Below, piece after piece: positions 28,431 through 38,690 of a stretch of DNA of 64,000 nt. Within the stretch, counting starts at the first letter, position 1. The number at the start of each line of letters is the position of its first letter. Made by a program: the position numbers and the translations under genes. The DNA comes from Candidatus Marinacidobacterium sp. (GTDB lineage Bacteria > Acidobacteriota > Vicinamibacteria > Marinacidobacterales > Marinacidobacteraceae). The stretch spans positions 3,680,001-3,744,000 of the forward strand of contig OZ242011.1 in NCBI GenBank assembly GCA_965204755.1, written 5' to 3'. A model generated the notes under the pieces. That model was given only the letters and a program-made list of their open reading frames with translations, searched no databases and was not told the DNA's origin.

Positions 28431-29719
28431 CCGAGGGCGGAGCGGTAGAGCATCCGGGCGCTTTCCTCGGCGAACGGTCGAGGGTTGAACCGGCCAGTCC
28501 ATTCCTCCGCGGCTTCGGCGGCGAGGGCGGCCACGGCGGACTCCGAAAGCCGGTTCCCATCGTCTTGGAGGTCGCCTTCGAGCAGGCCGCCCGCCGCGGC
28601 CGCCTCCTCGATCCAGGCGGCCAGGGCGTCGCCGGCCCTCTCCTCGCGACTCCCGCTTTTCGGGACGCCCGCGGACCCCGCGTTGCGGGCGACCGCCCCG
28701 GCGGCGAGAAGATCGGCGTAGGCGGCGTCCGTCTCTTCCGCTTCCGCGTTCCAGCGAACGACGGCGGGGAGGGTGCGCGCCAGCGCGCGGCCGTGGCTCA
28801 GGCCCCGGTTCCGGGTGAGCGGATTCGCGAGCGCGTGCGCGGCCCCGAGCATCGAGCGTTCGATGGCGGCGCCGGCGAAGAACGCGCCGCGCTGCATCCG
28901 CGCCCAGTGGGAGGAATCGTCGAGTTCCCCTTCGGCCGCCCCGGTGGGCGGGAGTTCCTCCTCCGCGCCGCCGGCGCGGACCACCTTCGGGAAGGACGAG
29001 ACGAGAAGCGCGAACGCGCTCCGGGAGAGGGCGGCGGAGGCCTCGGTGCGGCCGGTGCTCACCGCGGTTTCCACGGCGTGGGCGAGGGCGTCGAAGCCGG
29101 CCGCGGCGCGAACTCCGAGCGGCGCCGAGGGCAGGAGGGCGGGATCGTGGATCACGGCCCGGAACAGCGCCGAGGGAGCGCCGCAAGCCAGTTTCCGGTG
29201 GTCGCGGTCCCGGGAGATGAGCGCGTAGGACTGCGCCTCGCTTCCGGTCCCGGCGGTCGTCGGCGCCCCGATCATCGGGGGGAGGGGCGCCCCGACCCGG
29301 TCGTAGCCCCGGTAGTCCTCCATCCGGCCGCCGCCCGCCAGCAGGAAGCCCACCCCCTTCGCCACATCGAGGGAACTGCCCCCGCCGAGGCCGATCAGCG
29401 AGTCCGCCCCGGCCCGGCGCGCGGCCTCCCGCCCGCGCTCCACCTCGGACTCGCTCGGGTTTTCGCCGAAGTCGGTGAAGGCGGCCGCCCGGATCCCCGC
29501 CTCGGAGAGGATTCGGAGCGCCCGGTCGAGGATCCCGGCGTCGGCGATGCCGGAATCACCGGTTATCAACGGCCGCGCGAAACCGTAGGCGCGGGCGACC
29601 TCGCCCAGGGAGTCGAGCGCGCCGGGGCGGGAGAGGACCGCCGGGGAGGGGCCTTCGGCGAGGCGCCAAGCGCCGGGGAACGGCCCCGGCAGCAGGGAGG
29701 GATCTGCCGGTCGGTTCAC
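28427..29719 (-). CDS. Iron-containing alcohol dehydrogenase
   Basis: GLGGGSSLDVAK, PTTAGTGSE, DALAHAVE, GAAHALANPL, HG; GTG start overlaps the upstream stop. Confidence 0.9.
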   Translation of the reverse strand: MNRPADPSLLPGPFPGAWRLAEGPSPAVLSRPGALDSLGEVARAYGFARPLITGDSGIADAGILDRALRILSEAGIRAAAFTDFGENPSESEVERGREAARRAGADSLIGLGGGSSLDVAKGVGFLLAGGGRMEDYRGYDRVGAPLPPMIGAPTTAGTGSEAQSYALISRDRDHRKLACGAPSALFRAVIHDPALLPSAPLGVRAAAGFDALAHAVETAVSTGRTEASAALSRSAFALLVSSFPKVVRAGGAEEELPPTGAAEGELDDSSHWARMQRGAFFAGAAIERSMLGAAHALANPLTRNRGLSHGRALARTLPAVVRWNAEAEETDAAYADLLAAGAVARNAGSAGVPKSGSREERAGDALAAWIEEAAAAGGLLEGDLQDDGNRLSESAVAALAAEAAEEWTGRFNPRPFAEESARMLYRSALG

Positions 29720-31209
29720 TCCCGCGGCGAGCGGCCCTCCGGAGCCGACCCGTTCGGCGGCGCCCCGGTGGCGGCCTCCAGCTCTTCGAAGGCGAACAGG
29801 CGGTTCCGGCTGGCGATGTAGAGGACGCCGTTCGCCGGGACCGCGCTGGAGTACACCGAACTGCCCAGGTTCATCTCGGCGATCACTTCCTCGGTCGGCC
29901 CCGGACGCAGTACGACCACATCGCCGTCTTCGTCGCCCAGGTACAACTTCCCGTCGGCGACGAGCGGCGAGCCCCAGACCGCGGCGAAGGTGTCGTGCAC
30001 CCACAGCGGCTCGCCGCTCTCCGCATCGAGCGCATGCAGGAATCCGGAGAAGTCCGGGAGGTAGAGGATCCCGTCCTGCACCGCCGCGGTGGAGATGGAC
30101 CGCCGAATGGCGTCGTAGTGCCAGACGCGGCCGGTCTCGGTGATGTCGCCGCGCTTCGTCCCGTCTATGGCGTAGAGGTGGCCGACGCCCTCCCCGTGCT
30201 CGGGGTCCTGGCCGTTCGCGAGGAACAGGTGGTCGCCCACGATGACCGGAGTGGAGATCAGGCTGTTGCGCGTGCGGGGCCAGACGGAATCCTTGGGGTT
30301 CGTGTCGAACTCCCACAGCGTCTCCCCGGTCAGCGCCTCGTACCCCCGCGCCCAGCCGTCGCCTTCGCCGAGGACGACCTGGGTGACGCCGCCGATCTCG
30401 CCGACCCCGGCGGAGGACCACTGCCCGTGCAGGATGTTCTCGCCCACATGGTTTTGCTCCCAGACGAGTTCCCCGGTGTTCTTGTCCACCGCGATGATCG
30501 CCGGCGCGAGCGGGGACGGGATGTTGGCGTGGGTCTCGTCGTGGCCGTTGGAAGTGGTGACGAAGAGGAGGTCGCCGACGCTCACCGGACTGGCGTTCGA
30601 CATGTTGTGCGGGAACGCGCCGAGTTCCTCGATCATGTCCAGCCGCCAGAGGATGTCCCCGTCGTTCGGCGAGAGGTAGGTCTCCTCGGTGTACGGGCCG
30701 TCGTTGCCGTCCGCCAGGCCGTTCGCGTCGAGGGCGAGGACCTCGCCCCGGTTCGTCACATAGAAGACCCGGTCGCCCTCGATCAGCGGCGACGAACAGA
30801 TTCCCTGGTAGGGCCAGTCGTTCACCCGGCCGGTCGGGAGTTTGTCGGAGACCATCTGCCAGAGGAACTCGCCGGTCCCGGCGTCGAAGGCGAGCAGGAT
30901 GCCCTTGTCGCCGGTGATCTCCCGGTCGTAGAGCGCCTCGTTGTTCGTGCCGACATAGACCCGGCCCCCGGCGACCACCGGGTTCCCGTAGGTCTGCGAA
31001 CCGAGCGGCGCCGCCCACTTCACATTCCGCCCGCTCCCCACATCCCACTCGGCGGGAAGGCGGGCGGAACCCTCCGAGACCATGTTCCGGTGCGGCGCGC
31101 CGCCCCACATCGGCCAGTCCTGCGCCCCGGAGGAAGCCGCCGGGACGGGCGCGGCGAACGCCGCTGCGCCGAGGACAACCGCTCCGGCGGCCCGGCCGGC
31201 GATCTTCAT
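29716..31209 (-). CDS. PQQ/BamB-like beta-propeller protein
   Basis: Signal peptide; DWPMWGG; blades such as YGNPVVAGGRVYVG and WGSPLVADGKLY. Confidence 0.85.
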   Translation of the reverse strand: MKIAGRAAGAVVLGAAAFAAPVPAASSGAQDWPMWGGAPHRNMVSEGSARLPAEWDVGSGRNVKWAAPLGSQTYGNPVVAGGRVYVGTNNEALYDREITGDKGILLAFDAGTGEFLWQMVSDKLPTGRVNDWPYQGICSSPLIEGDRVFYVTNRGEVLALDANGLADGNDGPYTEETYLSPNDGDILWRLDMIEELGAFPHNMSNASPVSVGDLLFVTTSNGHDETHANIPSPLAPAIIAVDKNTGELVWEQNHVGENILHGQWSSAGVGEIGGVTQVVLGEGDGWARGYEALTGETLWEFDTNPKDSVWPRTRNSLISTPVIVGDHLFLANGQDPEHGEGVGHLYAIDGTKRGDITETGRVWHYDAIRRSISTAAVQDGILYLPDFSGFLHALDAESGEPLWVHDTFAAVWGSPLVADGKLYLGDEDGDVVVLRPGPTEEVIAEMNLGSSVYSSAVPANGVLYIASRNRLFAFEELEAATGAPPNGSAPEGRSPRE

Positions 31210-33473
31210 TCGCCGGACCCCTCCGCCGCCGGCTCGACCCGGAGGTTGTCGAAGAAGACTTCGGCGGACACGGCGTCCGCGAAGATGCCCGGCGTTCCCT
31301 GCCGGTGGGGAAGGGATTCGCGCCATTCGATGCTCCAGTCCGATGGTTTCGCTTCGCCCCGCGGCCAGACGCGGCCCCGGGCGACGACGCCGGCTTCGTC
31401 CTCGACGACTTCGAATTCCATCGAATACCAGGTGTCGGGCTCCCAAGGGAAGGGGACGCCGGTGATCCGTCCCTCCGTGGGCGTCCACGAGTGGATCTCC
31501 AGGCGTTGGTGGGTGCCCTTGAGGACGAGTTGGTACCGCTGGGCCACGAGACCGGCGTTCCCGAGTTGGCGCCGCCGCATCCGGGCGAGGACATCGGCGG
31601 AGACCCGGTAGCCGGAGAGCGACGGCGGGCCCATATAGACCCGGGCGCGGCGGAGGAAGGGGTTGTCCGCCCGCTTCACGAGCACCCGCGCGCCGTCCTC
31701 GAGGGTGCGGACCGCGTACTTGCCGGTGGCGTTCACCCACTCCCGGGGGACCTCGGAGTCCTCGGCGTCGAAGTCCCAGGCCCAGGGGAGCGGCGGCGTG
31801 ACCCGGAACCGCGCTTCGGCGCGCAGGTCCCCGGCGGAGGCCGCCACCGAGCCGGCGCCGGCGGAGGCGTCCTCCCGGATCCGGAGGATCCCGTCGGTCA
31901 CTTCGCCCGGGAGGCCGTCCACCGACCAGTCGTAGCCGCCGGGCGCCTCCACCGGGAGACCGGCGGCGTCGAAGGCGCGCGCGGTGAGTTCGATTTCGCC
32001 GCCGGGCGCGAGGATCTCCTCGGTCGGGGAGAGCACGAGCCTCGCCGGCGCGGCGGCGGAGGGCGGAGGCGCCGGCGGTTCGGGAGCGGGGGCGGCGGCT
32101 TCCGCGCGGCGTTCGCCGATCGCGTAGAGGTGGGCGCTCGACACCAGGTAAACGACGCCGTCGCTGACCGCCGCCGAGGCGTAGATCTCCTCCGGCGCCT
32201 CCTCGGTCCCGAGGAGATCGTCGTCGAGAACCTCCACCCCGTCCTCGCCGGGCCTCAGGATGAAGAACCGCCCGTTCACGGTGCCCACATACAGGTTCCC
32301 GTCCGCGAGCACCGGGGAGGCGCGCTGGATCGTGCCCAGGTTCCTCGTCCACAGCCGGGAGGCGTCTTCCGCGTGGAAGGCGCCCAGGTTCGCGCTGTTG
32401 TCCATCCAGTAGATCCGCTCCCCGTCGGTGACCCCGGAGGAGTAGCCGCCCAGGAAGCCGGGGATTCGCCACCGCGCCGCCTCCGGTTCGACGAGGCCGG
32501 AGGAGGCGGCGTCGAGCCCGGCGAGCAGGCCCATGACCGAGGAATCGATGTTCTCTTCGCCGTGGCTCACGACGACCAGGTCGCCGATCACCAGCGCGCC
32601 GCTGTTCACGCCGCGCTTGCTCATGGGGAACCGCCAGATCGAAGCGCCGGTCGAAGGTTCGAGGGCGTGGAACGCGCCGTCCCCGCCGCCGACGAGCAGG
32701 GTCCGGCGGCCGTTCAGGTTCCGGACCGACGGGGGCGAGTAGGTGGTGTCGAAGGGACGCTCGCCGGGGGAACTCAGCCAGCGCAGCCGACCGGTGCGCT
32801 TGTCGAAGGCGAAGAACCGGTGGCGGCCCGGCGCGTGCGCGCCCCAGAGCGAACTCACGCCGCTCAGGATCACCAAGTCGTCCACCACGGTAGGCGACGG
32901 GGTCCGCCCGCCGTAGGTGGCGACATAGCCGAGTTCCTCGGGGAGGGAGCGCGACCAGCGGACTTCGCCGTCCGCCGCGTCCAGGGCCAGCAGTTCCCCG
33001 CCGACGGTGAAGTAGAAGACCGTCCCGGTCTCGGCGTCGGCGGCGGGAGAGGACCATCCCACCCGGTGGGGAGGGGAGTCGGCGTGGAAGATGTTCCGGC
33101 GCACGGTCCAGAGCGCCTCGCCCGTCGCGGCGTCCAGCGCGGCGAGTTGCGACTGGCGGGTCGCCTCCTGCCCCGAACCGCTCTGGAGGAACAGTCGGCC
33201 GCCCAGGACGACCGGGGTGGAGCGGCCCCCGAAGGGGACCCGGAAGAGGAGGTTGTCGCCCTCGGGCGACCAGGACCGCGGAAGGCCCGTTTCTTCCGAC
33301 CGCCCGTCACCCGACGGGCCGCGCGCCTCCGGCCAGTCTGCCGCCGCCGGAGAGGCGGTGGCCGCCAACGCCGCGGCGAGCGGGAACCCCCGCAGGCTCC
33401 GCCGCCGGCGTCGGTGAGCGGGGACCCGAGCCCCCCCCGTGGCGCCGGTCGGCGAAGATGCGCCTCCGGTCAC
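31206..33473 (-). CDS. PQQ-like beta-propeller with C-terminal Ig-like and beta-sandwich domains
   Basis: DWPEARGP; propeller blades; Pro linker; C-terminal LVLSP..ELTARAFD and a sandwich ending FFDNLRV. Start approximate. Confidence 0.82.
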   Translation of the reverse strand: MTGGASSPTGATGGARVPAHRRRRRSLRGFPLAAALAATASPAAADWPEARGPSGDGRSEETGLPRSWSPEGDNLLFRVPFGGRSTPVVLGGRLFLQSGSGQEATRQSQLAALDAATGEALWTVRRNIFHADSPPHRVGWSSPAADAETGTVFYFTVGGELLALDAADGEVRWSRSLPEELGYVATYGGRTPSPTVVDDLVILSGVSSLWGAHAPGRHRFFAFDKRTGRLRWLSSPGERPFDTTYSPPSVRNLNGRRTLLVGGGDGAFHALEPSTGASIWRFPMSKRGVNSGALVIGDLVVVSHGEENIDSSVMGLLAGLDAASSGLVEPEAARWRIPGFLGGYSSGVTDGERIYWMDNSANLGAFHAEDASRLWTRNLGTIQRASPVLADGNLYVGTVNGRFFILRPGEDGVEVLDDDLLGTEEAPEEIYASAAVSDGVVYLVSSAHLYAIGERRAEAAAPAPEPPAPPPSAAAPARLVLSPTEEILAPGGEIELTARAFDAAGLPVEAPGGYDWSVDGLPGEVTDGILRIREDASAGAGSVAASAGDLRAEARFRVTPPLPWAWDFDAEDSEVPREWVNATGKYAVRTLEDGARVLVKRADNPFLRRARVYMGPPSLSGYRVSADVLARMRRRQLGNAGLVAQRYQLVLKGTHQRLEIHSWTPTEGRITGVPFPWEPDTWYSMEFEVVEDEAGVVARGRVWPRGEAKPSDWSIEWRESLPHRQGTPGIFADAVSAEVFFDNLRVEPAAEGSGE

Positions 33474-33780
33474 GATGTCGGGTCGAGGGGGGCTGAGGGA
33501 GCCGTTTCGGATGCGTCGGCGGTCAGGTCGATCGTGGCCGGGCGCGGCGACGGAACGGCCGGGGGGCGCCCCCCGACTCGAGCCCGGTCGTCCGGGATTT
33601 TATGCGGACCGCCGCGCCGGAGCCGGAGCGGGCCGCGGCTCCCGAGTCCGATCTCCGACGGCCCGACCGGGGGACACCTGCCCGCGGGCCGCGGTCTCCG
33701 GCACAATACGCCACCACGGACTCCGCCGGGCCGGCGCTTCGACTCCCCTTCGAAGTCGGGCCCGCGGAGGGCCGCCTTCC

Positions 33781-35166
33781 ATGTCCCTCGTTCCTCGGCT
33801 CCTCGGCGCCGGCGGGCTCGCGGCGGCCCTCGCCGCCGGGGCCGCGGCGGCTGCCGGGGAGGAGGGCCGGGGCTGGCCGGGTTGGCGCGGGCCCGACGGG
33901 AACGGACTTTCGGAGGGCGCCGGCCTGCCGGTCCGGTTCGCCGCGGACGAGACGCTGCTCTTCCGGGCGCCGGCGCCGGGGCGGGGGCACTCGTCCCCGG
34001 TGGTGCGGGACGGGCGGGTTTTCCTGACCGCGGCCGTCGCCGGGGAGGTGATCCCGGGGCACGAGCCTCCGGTGCATGTCCGCGGCGGCGAGGTGTACCT
34101 CCATCCGGCGAGCGTGGCGGGAACGCGGCGGCATCGGCTGCTCGCGCTCGCCTACGACGCCGAGACCGGCGAGGAACTCTGGCGGCGGACCGTGCGCGAC
34201 GGCCCGGTGTACGACAACCGCCATCGCGGGAACACCTACGCCTCGCCGACCCCGCTCGCCGACGGCGAACGGGTGGTGTTCTTCTTCGGCTCGGAAGGGT
34301 TGTACGCCTTCTCCCCGGACGGGGAACCGCTTTGGGAACAGGACCTCGGCGACTTCGGCGTCTGGGGTCTCGGGCACGGGATCTCGCCGGTGCTCCACGG
34401 CGAACTCCTGATCCTGGTCTGCGACGACGACGACCGCGGGGAGAACGCCTTCCTGGCCGCCGTGGACCGCCGGACCGGGGAGGTCGTCTGGAAGACGCCG
34501 CGGCAGGTCCGGAAGAGTTGGGCGACTCCGGCGTTCGCAACGGTGGACGGCCGGGTGCAACTCGTGGTCTCCAGTTACGACCGGATCGCCGGTTACGAAC
34601 CGGAGACCGGCGTCGAGTTGTGGAGGACCCCGGGCTTCGAGTCGAACGCCATCCACACCCCGCTCCACGCCGAGATCGGCGGCGAGTCGCTGGTCTTCGC
34701 CTCGACCGGTTACCCGAAGAAGGAGATGCGGGCGCTCCGGCTCGACCCGACCGGCGCGGCCGCCGAGACCGCCTGGACTTACGGGCGGGGGACCGGATAC
34801 CTGCCGTCGGCGCTCCTCTACCGGGGCGTCCTGTTCCTGGTCTCCGACGGCGGGATCGTCACCGCGCTCGATCCGGCGAGCGGCGAAGAGGTGTTTCGCG
34901 GCCGGCCGCGCGCGCCGGGGCGGTACCACGCCTCGCCGGTGGGGTACGAGGGGATGGTGCTCATCGCCAGCATCGAGGGTGCGCTCACCGTGTTCCGCGC
35001 CGGCCGGCGCTTCGAGATCGTGGCCGAGAGTTCGCTTCCGGATTCCTTCTGGGCGTCTCCGGCGATCGCCGGCGGGACGATCTACCTGCGGGGAGAGTCC
35101 ACCCTGTACGGCTTCCGCGATCCCGCCGGCCCGACCGCGCCGGTCTCACCGAACGAAGATCGATGA
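33781..35166 (+). CDS. PQQ/BamB-like beta-propeller protein
   Basis: Signal peptide; WPGWRGPDGNG, GHSSPVV, ASPTP, SWATP, ASPAIAGGTIYLR. Confidence 0.87.
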   Translation: MSLVPRLLGAGGLAAALAAGAAAAAGEEGRGWPGWRGPDGNGLSEGAGLPVRFAADETLLFRAPAPGRGHSSPVVRDGRVFLTAAVAGEVIPGHEPPVHVRGGEVYLHPASVAGTRRHRLLALAYDAETGEELWRRTVRDGPVYDNRHRGNTYASPTPLADGERVVFFFGSEGLYAFSPDGEPLWEQDLGDFGVWGLGHGISPVLHGELLILVCDDDDRGENAFLAAVDRRTGEVVWKTPRQVRKSWATPAFATVDGRVQLVVSSYDRIAGYEPETGVELWRTPGFESNAIHTPLHAEIGGESLVFASTGYPKKEMRALRLDPTGAAAETAWTYGRGTGYLPSALLYRGVLFLVSDGGIVTALDPASGEEVFRGRPRAPGRYHASPVGYEGMVLIASIEGALTVFRAGRRFEIVAESSLPDSFWASPAIAGGTIYLRGESTLYGFRDPAGPTAPVSPNEDR

Positions 35167-35279
35167 ATCGAGGCGGGGCGACGGCGGCGTGGGCCGCCGG
35201 CCCGACCGCCTCGGCCCGGATCTCGCTCCACCGGACTTCACCCGGCCGCCTCGGCGCGGCCCGCATCGAGGAGGACACC

Positions 35280-37190
35280 ATGCGCTCGTCCGCCCGCCGC
35301 CGCTCCGCCCTGGCGCTCTGCTCGGCGGTTTGGCTCTCCCTCCCTTGGGGTTGCTCCGCGCCCCCCGAGGACGGCCCCCGCGAAGTCACGCGTTACGACG
35401 CGACGACCTTCTTCGAAACGGAGACCGTGTTCGGCGCTTCGTTCTCCGCCGACGGCTCGAAACTCCTCATGACTTCCGACCGCACCGGCGTGCTGAACGC
35501 GTACGCGCAGCCGGTGGACGGCGGGCCGCCCGAGCGGATCACCTTCTCGGAGACCGACGCCGCGATCGCGCGGGCGTTCTTCCCCGAGGACGACCGGATC
35601 GTCTATACGGCGGACGAAGGCGGCAACGAACTCACCCATGTGTATGTCACGGAGGCGGGGGGCGAGCCGCGCGACCTGACTCCCGGCGAAGGGTTGCGGG
35701 CGGTGTTCCGCCGGTTCAGTCGGGACGGGGAGACCCTGTTCCTCACCACGAACGAGCGCGACCCGCAGGCGGACGACCTCTACGCCTACGACACGGACGA
35801 CTTCGAGCGCCGGATGGTGTTCGAAAACCCCGGCGAGTTCTCCCTCGGGCCGGTCAGCGGCGACGGCCGGTACCTGGCTCTCCAACGGTCCAGGACGAAC
35901 GCCGACGGCGACCTCTTCCTGGCCGACCTCGCGGACGGCGGCGAACCCGAGCACATCACGCCGCATGAAGGTGACGCCTCCTACGCCCCTTTCGCGTTCG
36001 CGCCGGACGACCGGCGGCTCGCCTACGGGACCGACGCCCACGGCGAGTTCCAGCAGGCTTGGATCTACGACCCGGAGACGAACGAGCACGATCTCCTGAT
36101 CGCCGCCGAATGGGATGTCTGGACGGTCTCCTGGTCGCGCGGCGGCCGGTACCGCCTGAGCGCGTTGAACCGGGATGCGTCCACCGAGATCACGATCCTG
36201 GATACGGAGTCCGGCCGGCCGCTCGACTTCCCGGAGATCACCGGCGACCTCACCGGGGCGTTCGTTTCGCGGCAGGAAACCCGTCTCGCGTTCAGCGTGG
36301 ACAGCGATTCGTCGCCGGCGAACCTGCATGTGCTGGAACTCGAGACCGGGGAGATGCGCCGGCTCACGGATTCGCTGAACCCGGCAGTGGCGCGCGAGGA
36401 CCTCGTGGAAGGCGAAGTCGTCCGCTATCCGAGTTTCGACGGCCTGGAGATTCCGGGAATCCTCTACCGCCCGCATCCGGCTTCGGCCGAGGCGCCGGTC
36501 CCGGCGCTGGTGTGGGTGCATGGCGGCCCGGGCGGTCAGAGCCGGCACGGATACCGCGCCCAGATCCAGCACCTGGTGAACCACGGGTATGCGGTGTTCG
36601 CGGTGAACAACCGGGGTTCGACCGGCTACGGAAAGACCTTCTTCCATCTCGACGACCGCCGCCACGGCGATGTGGATCTCAAGGACTGCGTCGAGGCGCG
36701 GCGCTACCTGGCGGCGCTCGACTGGGTGGACGGGGAGCGCATCGGGATCATCGGGGGCAGTTACGGCGGTTACATGGTGGCGGCGGCGCTCGCCTTCGAA
36801 CCGGAAGTCTTCGCCGTGGGAGTGAACATCTTCGGCGTGACGAACTGGGTCCGCACGCTGTCCAGCATTCCCCCCTGGTGGGGGCCGATGCGCGACGCGC
36901 TCTACGCCGAACTCGGCGACCCCGAAACCGACCTGGAGCGCTTGACGGCGATTTCTCCGCTCTTCCACGCGGAGAACATCGTTCGTCCGATGTATGTGGC
37001 GCAGGGCGCGAACGATCCCCGCGTCCTGCAGGTGGAGAGCGACGAGATCGTGGAGGCGGTGCGAGAGAACGGCGTTCCGGTGGACTACGCGATCTTCCCC
37101 GACGAGGGGCACGGCTTCCGCCGGCGCGAGAACCGGATCGAGAACTCCGACCGCATCGTCCGGTTCCTGGAAACCCACCTGCGCGAATGA
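35280..37190 (+). CDS. S9 prolyl oligopeptidase/acylaminoacyl peptidase (lipoprotein)
   Basis: SD GAGGAGG; lipobox-like LPWGC; HGGPG, GGSYGG nucleophile, GANDPRV, DEGHGF. Confidence 0.92.
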   Translation: MRSSARRRSALALCSAVWLSLPWGCSAPPEDGPREVTRYDATTFFETETVFGASFSADGSKLLMTSDRTGVLNAYAQPVDGGPPERITFSETDAAIARAFFPEDDRIVYTADEGGNELTHVYVTEAGGEPRDLTPGEGLRAVFRRFSRDGETLFLTTNERDPQADDLYAYDTDDFERRMVFENPGEFSLGPVSGDGRYLALQRSRTNADGDLFLADLADGGEPEHITPHEGDASYAPFAFAPDDRRLAYGTDAHGEFQQAWIYDPETNEHDLLIAAEWDVWTVSWSRGGRYRLSALNRDASTEITILDTESGRPLDFPEITGDLTGAFVSRQETRLAFSVDSDSSPANLHVLELETGEMRRLTDSLNPAVAREDLVEGEVVRYPSFDGLEIPGILYRPHPASAEAPVPALVWVHGGPGGQSRHGYRAQIQHLVNHGYAVFAVNNRGSTGYGKTFFHLDDRRHGDVDLKDCVEARRYLAALDWVDGERIGIIGGSYGGYMVAAALAFEPEVFAVGVNIFGVTNWVRTLSSIPPWWGPMRDALYAELGDPETDLERLTAISPLFHAENIVRPMYVAQGANDPRVLQVESDEIVEAVRENGVPVDYAIFPDEGHGFRRRENRIENSDRIVRFLETHLRE

Positions 37191-38683
37191 GCCGGCCGCC
37201 GCCTTCTCCGCGGTTCCTCGCGGCAGCCTTCCTGGCCGGCGCCGTCTTCGCCGGGTCCGTCCCGGCGGAAGCGGAGTGGAACCGCTTCCGCGGCCCGAAC
37301 GGCGGCGGGATCGGGCCGGAGGGGGATCTTCCGACCGCGTTCGGCCCCGGGGAAGCGGTCGTGTTTCGCGCGCCGCTGCCGCCGGGGCACTCCTCGCCGA
37401 TCCTCGCCGGCGGACGGGTGCATGTGACCGGCTTTTCGGAGACGGAGTTCTTCACGATCGCGCTCGACCCGGACACCGGGGAAGAACTCTGGCGGGCCGC
37501 GGCGCGGCGGGATCGGATCATCGAAGTCGATTCCCGGAACAACGCCGCCTCGCCGAGCGTCGCGGCGGACGAGACCGCCGTTTACGCCTTCTTCCCGGAC
37601 CTCGGCCTCCTGGCCTACGACGCGGCCGGAACCGAACTCTGGCGCTCACCGCTCGGTCCGTTCGACAACCTGTATGGAATGGGCGCTTCGCCGATCCTGG
37701 CGGGAGACTTCGTGGTCCTCGTGCTCGACCAGAAACTCGATTCGGAGATCGTGGCCTTCGATCGTGCGACCGGCGCCGTTCGCTGGCGGACCGACCGCCC
37801 GGAGGCGAGCAGCGGCCACTCGACGCCGATCCTGCGGCGGACCGGCGAGGGGCTCGAAGTCATCGCCCCCGGGAGTTTCCGGGTGACCGCGTACGGCCTC
37901 GAAGACGGCGCGCCCCGGTGGTGGGTGGACGGCCTTCCCTGGGAGATGAAGTCCACGCCGCTCCTCGACGGGGAAACGGTCTATGTGAACGGCTACGGCG
38001 CGCCCCTCAACCAGCCGGGGAACCGGCGCGAAGCGCCTTCGTTCGCCGACGCGCTGCGAACGATGGATCGGGACGGGGACCGCGCGATCGCCGAGGAGGA
38101 AGCGGAAGGGCATCCGGCGTCGTGGTTCGCCGTGATCGACCTCGGCAGCGACGGCTTGCTGGGGGAAGCGGATTGGAGTTACTACGAGTCCGTTCTCCGC
38201 TCGCAGAACGGCGTGCTCGCCATTCGGCCGGGCGGCCCCGGAGAGAGCGGCGACCTCACCGCGGAGAACACGCTGTGGAGTTATCGGCGGCGCGTGCCGC
38301 AACTCCCTTCGCCGCTCCTCTACGGCGGCGTGCTCTACCTGGTGAACGACGGCGGCATCGTCACCGCGCTCGACCCGGCGAGCGGCCGGCTCCTTTCGCA
38401 GAACCGGCTCGCGGGCGCGGTGGACGCCTACTACGCCTCCCCGGTCGCCGCCGACGGCAAGTTGTTCTTCGTCAGCGAACTGGGCATGGCGGTCGTGGCC
38501 CGCCCGCTCGAGCCCGGCGAGGAAGCCGCCGAACTCTCCGTCCTTCGGGTGAACCCGTTGGAAGAAGCCGTGTATGCGACGCCGGCGATCGCGCCGTCCC
38601 GTCTCTACATCCGCACCGTGGAGCATCTCTACGCCTTCGGCCGGGGCGCCGGGGCGGAACCGGCTGCGGCCGAGGAGGACTGA
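37187..38683 (+). CDS. PQQ-like beta-propeller with inserted EF-hand-like pair
   Basis: WNRFRGPNG; GHSSP; DRDGDRAIAEEE (38066) and DLGSDGLLGEAD (38138). Confidence 0.85.
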   Translation: MSRPPPSPRFLAAAFLAGAVFAGSVPAEAEWNRFRGPNGGGIGPEGDLPTAFGPGEAVVFRAPLPPGHSSPILAGGRVHVTGFSETEFFTIALDPDTGEELWRAAARRDRIIEVDSRNNAASPSVAADETAVYAFFPDLGLLAYDAAGTELWRSPLGPFDNLYGMGASPILAGDFVVLVLDQKLDSEIVAFDRATGAVRWRTDRPEASSGHSTPILRRTGEGLEVIAPGSFRVTAYGLEDGAPRWWVDGLPWEMKSTPLLDGETVYVNGYGAPLNQPGNRREAPSFADALRTMDRDGDRAIAEEEAEGHPASWFAVIDLGSDGLLGEADWSYYESVLRSQNGVLAIRPGGPGESGDLTAENTLWSYRRRVPQLPSPLLYGGVLYLVNDGGIVTALDPASGRLLSQNRLAGAVDAYYASPVAADGKLFFVSELGMAVVARPLEPGEEAAELSVLRVNPLEEAVYATPAIAPSRLYIRTVEHLYAFGRGAGAEPAAAEED

Positions 38684-38690
38684 AACCCCG

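Noticed and set aside
28427-33057. 1055-aa and 1113-aa minus-strand ORFs as fusion proteins
   Set aside because: Their N-terminal parts are Arg/Pro-rich off-frame readings of upstream genes; real starts overlap upstream stops at 29719 and 31209.
31305-37190. 1961-aa plus-strand ORF
   Set aside because: Only the last 636 aa (from ATG 35280, with SD) are a real S9 peptidase; the rest is stop-free shadow of the propeller genes in GC-rich DNA.
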